Shown piece after piece: positions 9,601 through 19,126 of a stretch of DNA of 64,000 nucleotides (its first letter is position 1; the number at the start of each line of letters is the position of its first letter). Made by a program: the position numbers and the translations under genes. The notes under the pieces were generated by a model. It saw only the letters and a program-made list of their open reading frames with translations, ran no database searches and was not told the DNA's origin. The stretch is from Acholeplasmatales bacterium (GTDB lineage Bacteria; Bacillota_I; Bacilli_A; Izemoplasmatales; Izemoplasmataceae): the NCBI GenBank assembly GCA_007694145.1, contig RECF01000067.1:53960-117959 (forward strand), given 5' to 3'.

Positions 9601-11135
9601 ATGACATTCCTTTTGAAACATTTCTCGGTTTCAAAGGGGACAAAGTGCCCGACATCGACCTTAACTTTTCTGGCGATTATCAACCCATCGTCCATGAATA
9701 CATTCGCACGTTGTTCGGTGCCGAGCGCGCCTTTAGGGCGGGCACCATCTCGACCGTTGCGGCCAAAACCGCCATCGGTTATGTCAAAGGGTATCTCGAA
9801 AAGCAAAACGAAACGTTGCGCAAAGCGGAAATTGAACGACGGGCCAAAGTCATCGCTGGCGTCAAGCGCTCAACCGGGCAACATCCCGGTGGCATCGTCG
9901 TCGTCCCAAGCTACAAAGACATCCACGATGTCACGCCTGTGCAGTATCCAGCCGATGCGACCGATTCAAGATGGAAGACGACGCACTTCGACTACCATTC
10001 ATTTGAAGACAACTTGTTCAAACTCGACGTACTTGGGCATGACGACCCAACAATGATTCGCTACTTGATGGATTTCGTCAAGGCCGATCCGATCAGTTTC
10101 CCTTTCAAAGATGCGACCGATATTCCCCTCGATGACCCGAAAGTTTATGCGTTGTTGTCAGGGACCGAGGTTATCGGACTCAAGCCAGGTGATCTGATCA
10201 ACACCGAAGTGGCCAGTTTCGGTGTACCGGAAATGGGCACACCATTCGTCAGGGGCATGTTGCGGGACTCGCGGCCAAAAACGTTTGCGGACATTGTCAA
10301 GATTTCCGGTCTCTCACACGGTACCGACGTCTGGTTGAATAATGCTGAAACACTCGTGACCGGGAAAAACCCGCAATATGGCAAAATTCCCTTCAAAGAA
10401 GTCATCGGTTGTCGGGATGATATCATGGTCACCTTGATCCAGCATGGACTGAAAAGTGAAATCGCCTTTGAAATATCGGAGTTCATTCGTAAGGGCCGCG
10501 CAGCCGTGCAACCGGAAAAATGGGACGGTTATGCGATGATCATGCGCGAACACAACTTGCCCGATTGGTACATTTGGAGTGCCGGACAGATCAAGTACAT
10601 GTTCCCTAAAGCCCATGCGACCGCGTATGTCATGATGGCACTTAGAATCGCCTGGTTCAAAGTGTACCGACCGATCTATTTTTACTCGGCCTATTTCTCC
10701 AAACGGGCCCGTGATTTCGACTTGGTCGCTATGCAAGGTGGCGAGTATGCCCTTGAACGAAAAATGCGAGATATTCACGATGCCGGTGTCCGCGCAAGCG
10801 AAGCGGACAAACGGTTGTATACCGTCCTTGAAGTCGCCCATGAAATGGTCAAGCGGGGCTTTACATTTGAACCGGTCGACATCGTGCAAAGCGCCGCGCG
10901 TGACTTCGTGGTATCGGCCGATCGGCAAAGACTGCGTCTACCGTTCATCGCACTCGATGGCCTGGGGTTGAAGGTGGCACAAAGCCTTGTTGATGCACGC
11001 GATGACAAGGCGTTCAGTTCGCGTGATGATGTCAAGATGCGTACATCGTTATCGAGCACCTTGTTTGACAAACTCGATGCCCTCGGCGCCTTTGGTGAGC
11101 TGCCGGAGTCCGGTCAGATGTCCTTATTCGACTAA
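6678..11135 (+). CDS. polC: DNA polymerase III PolC-type (Gram-positive replicative polymerase)
   Basis: A 1486-aa protein with an internal 3'-5' exonuclease domain (VFDVETTHLS...HRAEHDARA), a PHP domain and a polymerase core. The start is set at MSESLER with RBS gaggtga. The upstream ATG lies inside the -10 element. Confidence 0.93.
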   Translation: MSESLERVLEFLHLEDEKEAISGRLIELSVDEARREWFFNIELEHPLPIEVFTRLQDGLENVPYFAKACDRVTYEIDYVHQDFSQIDSYYHHILNRLIARRPRYEALKGFPIEKNGNQTLHIVCPRDGTYVEDMLIDIEQALAQVGFEVTLDIRYCQEAPAISDRIASIDHEEVLEAEVEHAQRSEQRRYLAFNDRTIKKINHTIDHIPITEAALIEYKSSHHKADFTIEAMVISSEERKINAQTILFTFVLSDSADSIYVKKFVRDQEEAVFLRATQPNMMMKVKGSAAYDTFADEVVLTAIVIERTDRPVIREIRQDDAPTRRVELHLHTKMSTLDGIDSIEDYVDTALRFKHKAIALTDRNSAQAFPEFFKATRKKPIKPIYGVEFSIVDEADLAIARGDYEGDLDKTVFTVFDVETTHLSVKHGKIIEISAVKIKNHQVVETFNRFVNPHETLSSFTRRLTGITQQQVDTAEDLATVLPAFKAFFTGTVMVAHNAPFDMGHIHEALRELDVFDGPYPHIDTLQIARQCYANDLKRFNLKAVAKYFKVELKHHHRAEHDARATADIFLHMLDALSRQGIKTFSDLKTITRHLPDVNIYAHAMPTRMVALVKTQAGLKNLYRLVTLANTDYFHKEPMLPKKVLDAHREGLLLGSGFVGSDVFEAAFYEDDDALMHKAAYYDYLEVQPEADMQYLGEGDPLFNQTIAAILKRTIAIGEQLNTPIIAASNAYHIEQSGVKYRDIYVKTPVVGGGLHPLAHRETIPSQYFRTTTEMLQAFPTLKEETVHRLVIDAPVALSEQIDHVQAFSRELFAPTDDFLASEGIPSIEKRLLKMVRERAKDAYGEPLHPLIAARLDKELTAITTHQFSTVYYISHLLVKKSLDDGYLVGSRGSVGSSLVATLMAITEVNPLPPHYVCPKCYFTTLKMAPAEAKSYGIHPDEQALQQHLETVSSGYDLPTADCPRCGAVLKKDGHDIPFETFLGFKGDKVPDIDLNFSGDYQPIVHEYIRTLFGAERAFRAGTISTVAAKTAIGYVKGYLEKQNETLRKAEIERRAKVIAGVKRSTGQHPGGIVVVPSYKDIHDVTPVQYPADATDSRWKTTHFDYHSFEDNLFKLDVLGHDDPTMIRYLMDFVKADPISFPFKDATDIPLDDPKVYALLSGTEVIGLKPGDLINTEVASFGVPEMGTPFVRGMLRDSRPKTFADIVKISGLSHGTDVWLNNAETLVTGKNPQYGKIPFKEVIGCRDDIMVTLIQHGLKSEIAFEISEFIRKGRAAVQPEKWDGYAMIMREHNLPDWYIWSAGQIKYMFPKAHATAYVMMALRIAWFKVYRPIYFYSAYFSKRARDFDLVAMQGGEYALERKMRDIHDAGVRASEADKRLYTVLEVAHEMVKRGFTFEPVDIVQSAARDFVVSADRQRLRLPFIALDGLGLKVAQSLVDARDDKAFSSRDDVKMRTSLSSTLFDKLDALGAFGELPESGQMSLFD

Positions 11136-11242
11136 TGGTGCACCCCTCTTCCGAACCCCATCGATGTTTGCTATAATGGATGTACATGCACGATACTTCA
11201 AATTTGCCAACCCAACCATACAATTAAAGGAGAAGATGTCTT

Positions 11243-11995
11243 ATGAGATTTCGCAGTGCCAATCCCGTGATCGGTCGTTTGACCCATCAAACAAAGTCAC
11301 ACGCTTCAGCCTATAGCGCCACCTATCAAGGTGTCGTCATGAAAAGTGCCCTTTTGCTTGGCATCATGGTCGTTTTCGGTGTGATCAGCGCCAGCCGGGT
11401 CTTCGGTTCTGAGGGGCTGACAACGGGAACGTTGATATTCCTAATCGCCTCGCCAATCATCGCCTTGATCAGTGTGTTCATCGCGATGGCCAAACCTCAG
11501 GTCGCCCCGTTTTTCTCGATTATTTATGCGATTTGTCAGGGCACGTTTGTCGGTTTTCTGTCCGGTCTTTACGAGGTTGCCTTCGGGGGTGGCATCGTGT
11601 TGACAGCGGTCACCGCCACGGCCAGTGTGTTTGGTGGGATGCTGTTGCTTTATTCAACCGGATTGTTCCGTGTTTCCCAACAGCTTCGCCGCATCTTGCT
11701 TACCGCCTTAGTCGGTTTGATTTTCACCTCATTTTTTGTCTTCATCTTCAGCATGCTTGGTGTCATCGACACGTCATCTGAAGGGTTCATCACCATTATC
11801 TTTGCGATTTCCGTCATCTCGGTCGTGGTCGCTTCACTCTTCCTCATGGTCGACTTTGACAACATCCGCACACTTGTTTCAAACGGGGCCGACAAGCAAT
11901 ACGAATGGGTTTTGTCGCTGGGCTTGCTGGTCACACTCGTCTGGCTGTATGTCGAACTACTCAGACTCATTGCCATCTTGCGTTCCCGTCGCTAA
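11243..11995 (+). CDS. Bax-inhibitor-1/YccA-family membrane protein
   Basis: About 7 TM helices and an N-terminal region resembling YccA. There is an extended -10 promoter (tgctataat) upstream and RBS aaaggagaag. Confidence 0.55.
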   Translation: MRFRSANPVIGRLTHQTKSHASAYSATYQGVVMKSALLLGIMVVFGVISASRVFGSEGLTTGTLIFLIASPIIALISVFIAMAKPQVAPFFSIIYAICQGTFVGFLSGLYEVAFGGGIVLTAVTATASVFGGMLLLYSTGLFRVSQQLRRILLTALVGLIFTSFFVFIFSMLGVIDTSSEGFITIIFAISVISVVVASLFLMVDFDNIRTLVSNGADKQYEWVLSLGLLVTLVWLYVELLRLIAILRSRR

Positions 11996-12000
11996 GACAG

Positions 12001-12027
12001 GCGCCGCCAAACCTTGGCGGTGTTTTC
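12001..12027 (+). terminator. Terminator after the BI-1-like gene
   Basis: Stem cgccgccaa...ttggcggtg followed by TTTTC. Confidence 0.6.
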
Positions 12028-12091
12028 ATGGGATGCGTTTTTACGTGAAACATGGTACACTGAATAAGGATGAACCAAACAGGAGGGTATT

Positions 12092-13846
12092 ATGAATACA
12101 TGGAATCTTGATGCACTGTATACGGGCTATGAAGCCCCGGCATTCATTGAAGCCGTCGAGACGCTCGAACGTTTTGTTGAGAAAGCCGACCGCTTCAAAG
12201 ACACGTTGGACTCACTTGAAGATGCCGACAAGAAACTTCTTGACTATATCAGTCTTGCCAGCGAGCTGCGCAGCCGGTTTTTGAAAGTCTATGCATTCGT
12301 CAATCTGAACCTCGCCACCAACGCGAAAGATGATACGTCAAATGCCTGGATGAACCGTCTGCAAAAGCTGTCGAGCAAGACGACGGCCTTTACGACAAAA
12401 GTGGCCAAGTTCGTTCCCCGCATCAGCGATTTGGCAGAAATTATCGCGCGTCATGATGCACTGAAACCGTATGCCTTTCACCTTGAAAGCATCAAGGACC
12501 GCGCCCGCTATGTCTTGTCAGACAAGGAAGAAATGCTGATTGCGAAACTGTCGCAAACCGGTTCAACGGCCTGGGGCCGACTTCAAGGGCTGTTGACCAG
12601 TATTGTTGAAGTGCCTTATGAAGATAAGACGCTCACATTGCCGCAAGTCCGCAACATGGCCCACGCCAAAGACCCCAGCGTCCGAAAAAAAGCTTACGAA
12701 GCCGAACTGGCCGCATATAAGCAAATCGATGAGTCGATTGCCTTCGCCCTTAACGGCGTCAAGGGAGAAGTGCTTGAAGTCAGTCAGCTGCGCGGCTATG
12801 ATAGTCCCCTGCATGAAGCGGTCTACAATGCGCGCATGCAAAAAGAGACGCTCGATGCACTCATTGCATCCATGCAAAAGCATGTGCCGCTGTTTCAAAA
12901 GTATTTGCGTCGCAAAGCCGAGTTGCTCGGTCATCAGAACGGTTTGCCTTGGTATGATCTTTTTGCCCCACTGGGTGCGAGCGAACGCACGTTCACCCCG
13001 GATGAGGCAGTCGATTACATCGAGAAAAACTTCAGCGCATTTGGTGAGGATCTTGCCAAGCTTGCCCGGCGCGCCCATAGCGATGGCTGGGTCGACTATA
13101 TGCCACGATCAGGCAAGCGCGGTGGCGCCTTTTGCATGAACTTGCACCCCATCAAGCAAAGCCGGATCCTGATGAACTTTGACGGCTCATTCTCCAATGT
13201 CATTACGCTCGCGCACGAACTCGGACACGCGTATCATGGCGACCGTATTTTCAAGGAAGCCATTTTGAATGCAAGCTATACGATGCCCGTCGCAGAAACG
13301 GCGTCGACACTGTGTGAGACCATTGTCAAACGGGCTGCGATCGATGAGGCTGAAGGTGAGGAAAAATTGTTCATCCTCGAACAATCCCTCATGGGCAGCA
13401 CGCAGGTCATCGTCGACATTCTTTCCCGCTATCTATTCGAAGAATCGGTTTTCGCCGCGCGTCAAAAGACACCGCTCTCTGTCGCCCGTCTGAACACCCT
13501 GATGCTCGATGCGCAAAAGGCGACATATGGTGATGCGCTCGACCCAGACACCTTGCATCCTTATATGTGGGCCAACAAAGGGCACTACTACAGCGGTTCA
13601 CTCAGCTTTTACAATTTCCCCTACGCCTATGGTCTCTTGTTTGCTAAGGGGATTTATGCCAAGTTTCAAGAACACGGAAAACCGTTCGCGGCCAAAATCG
13701 ATTTGTTGCTACAAAAGACCGGCCAAATGTCGGTTGAGGATGTCGCAGCCCTTGTCGATATCGATGTACGCGATGTTTCATTCTGGGATCAATCCCTCGC
13801 CGTCATCGGCGAAGAGATTGAAACATTCCTTGCCATTACCGCTTAA
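12092..13846 (+). CDS. pepF: Oligoendopeptidase F (M3B family), copy 1
   Basis: HELGHAYH zinc motif and the typical PepF length (584 aa). Confidence 0.88.
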   Translation: MNTWNLDALYTGYEAPAFIEAVETLERFVEKADRFKDTLDSLEDADKKLLDYISLASELRSRFLKVYAFVNLNLATNAKDDTSNAWMNRLQKLSSKTTAFTTKVAKFVPRISDLAEIIARHDALKPYAFHLESIKDRARYVLSDKEEMLIAKLSQTGSTAWGRLQGLLTSIVEVPYEDKTLTLPQVRNMAHAKDPSVRKKAYEAELAAYKQIDESIAFALNGVKGEVLEVSQLRGYDSPLHEAVYNARMQKETLDALIASMQKHVPLFQKYLRRKAELLGHQNGLPWYDLFAPLGASERTFTPDEAVDYIEKNFSAFGEDLAKLARRAHSDGWVDYMPRSGKRGGAFCMNLHPIKQSRILMNFDGSFSNVITLAHELGHAYHGDRIFKEAILNASYTMPVAETASTLCETIVKRAAIDEAEGEEKLFILEQSLMGSTQVIVDILSRYLFEESVFAARQKTPLSVARLNTLMLDAQKATYGDALDPDTLHPYMWANKGHYYSGSLSFYNFPYAYGLLFAKGIYAKFQEHGKPFAAKIDLLLQKTGQMSVEDVAALVDIDVRDVSFWDQSLAVIGEEIETFLAITA

Positions 13847-13879
13847 ACTAAAACCGCGAGAATTTTCGCCTTGGAAAGC

Positions 13880-13908
13880 TTGATTAAGCCGCCGACATTT
13901 TGTATAAT
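13880..13908 (+). promoter_or_regulatory. Promoter of the pheST leader (TTGATT-17-TGTATAAT)
   Basis: A -35 element TTGATT, a 17-nt spacer, and an extended -10 element TGTATAAT. Confidence 0.55.
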
Positions 13909-13914
13909 GATGTC

Positions 13915-14125
13915 AACACGATGAAAGAGACATCGTGCGCATATACGAACCGTTTCAGAGAGGGGCCAATGGTGAAACGCCCTACGGTAGGTATGCGCAT
14001 TTCAGCTCTTGAGTGATGCCAATCCCATCCGTCATCCCGCGTTAAGGGTTCAAGGGTCGGTCATGGACCGAAACCAAGGTGGTACCGCGGATCACTCCGT
14101 CCTTGCATGCAAGGACGGGTTTTTA
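13915..14125 (+). promoter_or_regulatory. T-box riboswitch leader for pheST
   Basis: The conserved T-box sequence CAAGGTGGTACCGCGG (14075-14090) and the terminator ccgtccttgcatgcaaggacgg followed by TTTTT. Confidence 0.8.
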
Positions 14126-14179
14126 ATTCCCTGAGATAGCATCACAAACGCACAGCGTCACATGAAGGAGAGAACGACT

Positions 14180-15217
14180 ATGGATCTAAAACAAACCCTC
14201 ACGCATCTTGAAAGTAAATTAAAAGAAGCGCTCAAGCAAACAGACAAGCTCGAAACCCTCCAAGATATCAAGGCTGAATATCTTGGGAAGAAAGCCGAAC
14301 TCACGCTGTTGATGCGTCACATGAAAGATGTAGACGCAGCCGAGCGTCCTGTTTTCGGACAAACCATCAATGCGGCTAAGACACGCTTCACCGAACTGAT
14401 TGAGTTGCGGCGCGAAGCGCTTGAGGCGAAACGGCTCGAGGACCGCCTCAATGCCGAGCACATCGACGTGACCTTGCCCGGTCCTGACTTTCGGCTTGGC
14501 CGCCCGCATGTGCTCAACCGTATCGTCATGGAAATCGAAGATCTCTTCATCGGTATGGGCTATATTATCAAAGAGGGCCCTGAAATCGAGTCCGATGCAT
14601 ACAACTTCGAGAAGCTGAACTTGCCTAAGGATCATCCGGCACGCGATATGCAAGACAGTTTCTTCATTACCGAAGAACGACTTTTGCGCACCCACACCTC
14701 ACCTGTGCAAGTGCGCACCATGCTTGAGCAAGGCGGTCGCAAACCTGTCAAAATCATCTGCCCGGGAAAAGTATACCGACGCGATGATGACGATGCGACC
14801 CACAGCCATCAGTTCATGCAAATCGAAGGGTTAGTCGTTGACACCAACACGACAATGGCCGACCTCAAAGGCACCTTGCTCACCGTGGCTAGGGCCATGT
14901 TCGGCGAACATCGCAACATCCGGTTGCGGCCCTCGTATTTCCCCTTTACCGAACCGAGTGTCGAGGTCGACGTCACATGCTTCAAATGTAACGGCAACGG
15001 TTGTCCGATGTGCAAACATACCGGTTATATCGAAATACTTGGTGCTGGTATGGTCAATGATTTTGTCCTATCCGCAAGCGGTTACGACCCATCGATTTAT
15101 CAAGGGTTTGCTTTTGGTATGGGCGTGGAGCGGATTGCGATGTTGAAGTATGGCATTGACGACATCCGGCACTTCTATACCAACGACATCCGCTTCTTGA
15201 AGCAGTTTTCCACCTAG
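14180..15217 (+). CDS. pheS: Phenylalanyl-tRNA synthetase alpha subunit
   Basis: Strong similarity to PheS (…[34 protein letters not shown]…). The start is set at MDLKQ after the RBS aaggagag. Confidence 0.93.
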   Translation: MDLKQTLTHLESKLKEALKQTDKLETLQDIKAEYLGKKAELTLLMRHMKDVDAAERPVFGQTINAAKTRFTELIELRREALEAKRLEDRLNAEHIDVTLPGPDFRLGRPHVLNRIVMEIEDLFIGMGYIIKEGPEIESDAYNFEKLNLPKDHPARDMQDSFFITEERLLRTHTSPVQVRTMLEQGGRKPVKIICPGKVYRRDDDDATHSHQFMQIEGLVVDTNTTMADLKGTLLTVARAMFGEHRNIRLRPSYFPFTEPSVEVDVTCFKCNGNGCPMCKHTGYIEILGAGMVNDFVLSASGYDPSIYQGFAFGMGVERIAMLKYGIDDIRHFYTNDIRFLKQFST

Positions 15218-15227
15218 GAGGTTTGAC

Positions 15228-17582
15228 ATGAATATATCGATGAAATGGCTGAAAGAACTGATTCCGTGTTCTATATCGCCAGAAGAACTTGGTGCACTTT
15301 TTACCGTCCATTCGCAAGAAGTGGCGCGTGTTGAAGCCCTTGTGAGGGCAAAAGGTCTCACCATCGGTCATGTGTTGACATGCCGACCGCATCCGCAAGC
15401 TGACAGCTTGCGTGTTTGTGAAGTCGATGTCGGCGACACGGTCTTAGGTATCGTCTGTGGTGCGCCGAATGTTGCGGCGGAACAGAGGGTCATTGTGGCC
15501 AGACCCGGTGCTGTCTTGCCCGGTGGCATTACAATCGAGCATACCGTCATCCGCGGCGAAGCATCGGCCGGTATGATTTGCAGTCTGAGTGAACTCGGAA
15601 TCGATTACAAGTACCATCATGAAGACGGCATCCATGTCGTCCGTGAAAGCGTAGCACCCGGTTCCGATGCCCTCGAAGCCTTGCATTTCGATGATACAGT
15701 GATTGGCCTCGACCTGACCCCAAACCGCGCCGACCTTTTGAGTATGCATGGCGTCGCCTATGATGTGGCTGCCATGCTTGACCTGCCGCTTACACTGCCA
15801 CACGTCGCGTTAGAAACCGCGGGCGAACCTGCCGTGCACATCCGCACACAAACGCCGCGCTGTCTGAGCTATTACGGCCGGGTACTGAAGTCGATTGTCA
15901 TCAAGCCAAGCCCGCAGTTCATGCAAGCACGCCTGATTGCAGCGGGGGTTCGTCCCATCAATAATGTCGTCGACATCACCAACTATGTCATGCTTGAGAC
16001 CGGACAACCGTTGCACGCCTTCGATTATGATGCTTTAGACAGTGACACCATCGTCGTGCGTGAAGCAGAAGCGGGTGAAACGTTTGTGACGCTTGATGAT
16101 AAGGAGCGGACGCTTCATGCCGGCGATATTCTTATTACCAACGGACGCGAAGCTGTCGCCCTTGGTGGTGTGATGGGGGGCGCGGCCACCGAGGTGACCA
16201 GCCACACGACACGTCTTTTACTTGAAGCAGCGGTGTTTGATGCCATGACTGTCGGCAAGACGTCCCGTCGTCTTGATCTCCGGAGTGAATCATCGTTGCG
16301 TTTTGAACGGAAAGTCGATCCCGAAAAGACGCGCTATGCGCTTGACCGTGCAACGGCATTGTTCATCGAGTACGCCAACGCCGAAATCGTTGGCGACAAA
16401 GGGTATTTCGATGACACCAGCAACATTGAGCCGCCCATCGTCATCAGCCTTGAAAAAATCAATGCGGTCCTTGGTGGCCGCTATAGCGATGAACATGTCG
16501 ATGCCATTCTTAAACGCCTCCATTTGCCTTTCACACGCGCATCAAATACCTACACCATCGACCGAGTCAGCCGCCGTCAGGATTTGCTCACCTATCAGGA
16601 CATCATCGAAGAAATCGGCCGAATCAGCGGCTATGACCAGTTGCCCAACACATTACCAAGCACGGTGGCCCAAGGTGCATTGTCTTTAAGACAACAGTTG
16701 CGTCGGCGCATCCGGGCTGCCCTGACAGGTCTTGGCCTCGATGAGGTGGTCACGTACAGTCTTCAGTCGGTTGACCGCATCGGCCGCTTCAGCACACTAC
16801 ATGAAGCACCCGTCAAAGTCGCCGATCCGATGACCGACTTACATGCAGCGCTCATCCATACACCGCTTACAGGACTGTATGACGTGGCCACCCACAATGC
16901 CGCGCGTCGTCAACACGATGTCAACATCTTCGAGTTGGGTACCTGTTACACCGCTGAACAGGAAACGGAGCGACTCGCCATTCTTATGAGCGGTCATCAC
17001 CATTACTATCGTTGGCAAAAGACGCCCACAACCGATTTTTATACGTTGAAAGGCGTCTTCGAAGCGCTGCTTGATACGCTTGGACTGCCCGCAGCCCGCT
17101 ATGAACCGCTCCGACATGAAGACTTCCATCCTTATCAGACGGCGCGCATTTTGCTTGAAGGGACACCGATTGGTATCATCGGTAAAGTCCACCCCAAAAC
17201 GACGGCGGACGACCATCTGGGTGACGTGTTTGTCCTCGATGTGGATGTAAGCATCTTGCTTGAGAAGAGCCCGGATCATGCACCCTACCAACCTTTGCAA
17301 AAATATCCTTCCATCGAACGCGATCTGGCTTTGGTGTGCGATCGGACACTCCCGGCCGAAACTGTCCTCGAAGCGATCAAGACACAAGGTGGCGCGGCGC
17401 TCGTTCATTTGGATGTCTTTGATGTGTATACCGGCGAACATCTTGATGAGAATCAAAAGTCGCTGGGTTTGCGCTTGTTGTTTGAAGACCCGGAAAAAAC
17501 GCTCGAATCGAAGACCGTGGATGCCCTCGTCGACAAAATTGTCGCACATCTAAAGGTCACATACGGCATGTTCAGACGCTAG
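15228..17582 (+). CDS. pheT: Phenylalanyl-tRNA synthetase beta subunit
   Basis: A 784-aa protein immediately downstream of pheS, with a tRNA-binding N-terminus and B3/B4 and B5 domains. Confidence 0.93.
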   Translation: MNISMKWLKELIPCSISPEELGALFTVHSQEVARVEALVRAKGLTIGHVLTCRPHPQADSLRVCEVDVGDTVLGIVCGAPNVAAEQRVIVARPGAVLPGGITIEHTVIRGEASAGMICSLSELGIDYKYHHEDGIHVVRESVAPGSDALEALHFDDTVIGLDLTPNRADLLSMHGVAYDVAAMLDLPLTLPHVALETAGEPAVHIRTQTPRCLSYYGRVLKSIVIKPSPQFMQARLIAAGVRPINNVVDITNYVMLETGQPLHAFDYDALDSDTIVVREAEAGETFVTLDDKERTLHAGDILITNGREAVALGGVMGGAATEVTSHTTRLLLEAAVFDAMTVGKTSRRLDLRSESSLRFERKVDPEKTRYALDRATALFIEYANAEIVGDKGYFDDTSNIEPPIVISLEKINAVLGGRYSDEHVDAILKRLHLPFTRASNTYTIDRVSRRQDLLTYQDIIEEIGRISGYDQLPNTLPSTVAQGALSLRQQLRRRIRAALTGLGLDEVVTYSLQSVDRIGRFSTLHEAPVKVADPMTDLHAALIHTPLTGLYDVATHNAARRQHDVNIFELGTCYTAEQETERLAILMSGHHHYYRWQKTPTTDFYTLKGVFEALLDTLGLPAARYEPLRHEDFHPYQTARILLEGTPIGIIGKVHPKTTADDHLGDVFVLDVDVSILLEKSPDHAPYQPLQKYPSIERDLALVCDRTLPAETVLEAIKTQGGAALVHLDVFDVYTGEHLDENQKSLGLRLLFEDPEKTLESKTVDALVDKIVAHLKVTYGMFRR

Positions 17583-17807
17583 TCGTCGACCGATAGAACC
17601 CTGAATATTGGCCCCTGCTTCAGCGCTGTCAACCGCAAAAGACATGCGTTTGAAAAGGGGTCTTTTCAATGTTTTAGCAGCGAAAAACGGACCGAATCAC
17701 CCGCCGGATTACAAGCCCTTACATTTTTTCCCGATTTAGGTTGTCAACCGTGCGGGTGTTTGTTAAAATATAGTCGTACCTATAATACAAATTTTAGGAG
17801 GTATCCG

Positions 17808-18932
17808 ATGAAGATTGGTGTTCCCAAAGAGATTAAAAATAACGAAAACCGTGTGGGGTGCACCCCAGCAGGTGTCAGTTTGCTTGTGGCGCATGGTCAT
17901 GAGGTGTTCGTGGAGACAAACGCCGGGGTTGGTTCTGGCATCCATGATGAAGAGTTTGTGGCAGCTGGGGCGACAATGGTCGATACTGCGGAAGAAGCTT
18001 GGTCACAAAAAATGGTGATCAAAGTCAAAGAACCTTTACCAGCTGAGTATGGTTTTTTCCGTGAGGACTTGATTATTTTTACATACTTGCATCTTGCGGC
18101 TGAACCGGATTTGACACAAGCACTGGTCGACTCAAAATGTAAAGCCATTGCCTATGAGACCGTACAAGTTGGCGACACGTTGCCTTTGTTGCGGCCGATG
18201 AGTGAAGTGGCAGGACGCCGCGGCACCATTGTTGCTGCGACCCAACTTGAAAAACATCGCGGTGGCCGTGGGGTGCTTCTTTCCGGCGTGCCAGGTGTAC
18301 CAAGAGGCCATGTTGTCGTCATCGGTGGTGGGGTAGCAGGCATCAGTGCAGCCCGCATGGCCATCGGACTCGGTGCGCGTGTGACCCTTGTTGAATTGTC
18401 TGAAGACCGTATGCGCTATCTTGAAGATATTTTTGACAAGCAAGTCACCATCCTAAAGTCCAATCCACTCAACATCGCCGAAGCACTCAAGACGGCGGAT
18501 GCCTTGATTAGTACGATTTTGATCCCCGGTGCTAAAGCGGCAAAAATCGTCACAGAAGAGATGGTCAAAGCCATGCCTGAGGGCAGCGTCATTGTCGACA
18601 TTTCCATTGACCAGGGCGGTTCCGTTGAAACCATCGACCGCATTACCACCCACGATAATCCGGTTTATGAGAAACACGGTGTCCTTCATTATAGTGTGGC
18701 CAACATGCCGGGCGCGACACCACGTACTTCAACGTTTGCACTCACCAATGCGACGATTCCTTATGCACTTGATATTGCCAACAAGGGCTATCGTATCGCG
18801 TGTTTAGACAGTGAACCGCTTCGCATGGGACTCAATGTTTTGAGTGGGCATGTTGTGTACAAGGCCGTTGCTGAGGCTTTTGGCTACGAGTATGTCGAGG
18901 CCATGGACGTTTTGCTGAAGCACGACGCATAA
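17808..18932 (+). CDS. ald: Alanine dehydrogenase
   Basis: MKIGVPKEIKNNENRVG... and the Rossmann motif VVIGGGVAGISAA. RBS aggaggtatccg-ATG. Confidence 0.9.
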   Translation: MKIGVPKEIKNNENRVGCTPAGVSLLVAHGHEVFVETNAGVGSGIHDEEFVAAGATMVDTAEEAWSQKMVIKVKEPLPAEYGFFREDLIIFTYLHLAAEPDLTQALVDSKCKAIAYETVQVGDTLPLLRPMSEVAGRRGTIVAATQLEKHRGGRGVLLSGVPGVPRGHVVVIGGGVAGISAARMAIGLGARVTLVELSEDRMRYLEDIFDKQVTILKSNPLNIAEALKTADALISTILIPGAKAAKIVTEEMVKAMPEGSVIVDISIDQGGSVETIDRITTHDNPVYEKHGVLHYSVANMPGATPRTSTFALTNATIPYALDIANKGYRIACLDSEPLRMGLNVLSGHVVYKAVAEAFGYEYVEAMDVLLKHDA

Positions 18933-18942
18933 GAAACCGCAA

Positions 18943-18975
18943 GCCGTCAGCCGCACCCGCGGCTGGCGTTTTTTA
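18943..18975 (+). terminator. Terminator after ald
   Basis: Stem gccgtcagccgc...gcggctggcg followed by TTTTTT. Confidence 0.65.
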
Positions 18976-19037
18976 ATCTGTCCGCTACACATTTTTTCGT
19001 CTTGGCCTTTAAGCATTGTGTGAACGGTTTAACCTTG

Positions 19038-19078
19038 AAAATCGGTGGTCCGAACCATCTGGTCGGGTCACCGATTTT
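19038..19078. repeat. Perfect 10-bp inverted repeat (aaaatcggtg...caccgatttt) with a 21-nt loop, just upstream of the rlmN -10 element
   Basis: Read directly: 19038-19047 pairs perfectly with 19069-19078. It is not followed by a long T-run. Confidence 0.6.
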
Positions 19079-19126
19079 CACATCTTATAGACGTGTTGTG
19101 TGGTATAATAGAACTGGGTGATTACG

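Noticed and set aside
7320-10928. Numerous 60-200-aa antisense or alternative-frame ORFs inside polC (for example 8214-8792 and 10314-10928), and similar ones inside recD2, alaS and pheT.
   Set aside because: They lie within long, strongly conserved coding genes on the opposite strand or in another frame. They are the usual artefacts of GC-balanced sequence and have no RBS or promoter context.
17583-17807. The 225-bp gap between pheT and ald, inspected for a small RNA or riboswitch.
   Set aside because: I found only a weak hairpin (aaagac...gtcttt) and a plausible ald promoter (TTGTTA-15-TATAAT). I recognised no conserved riboswitch-like motif by eye.
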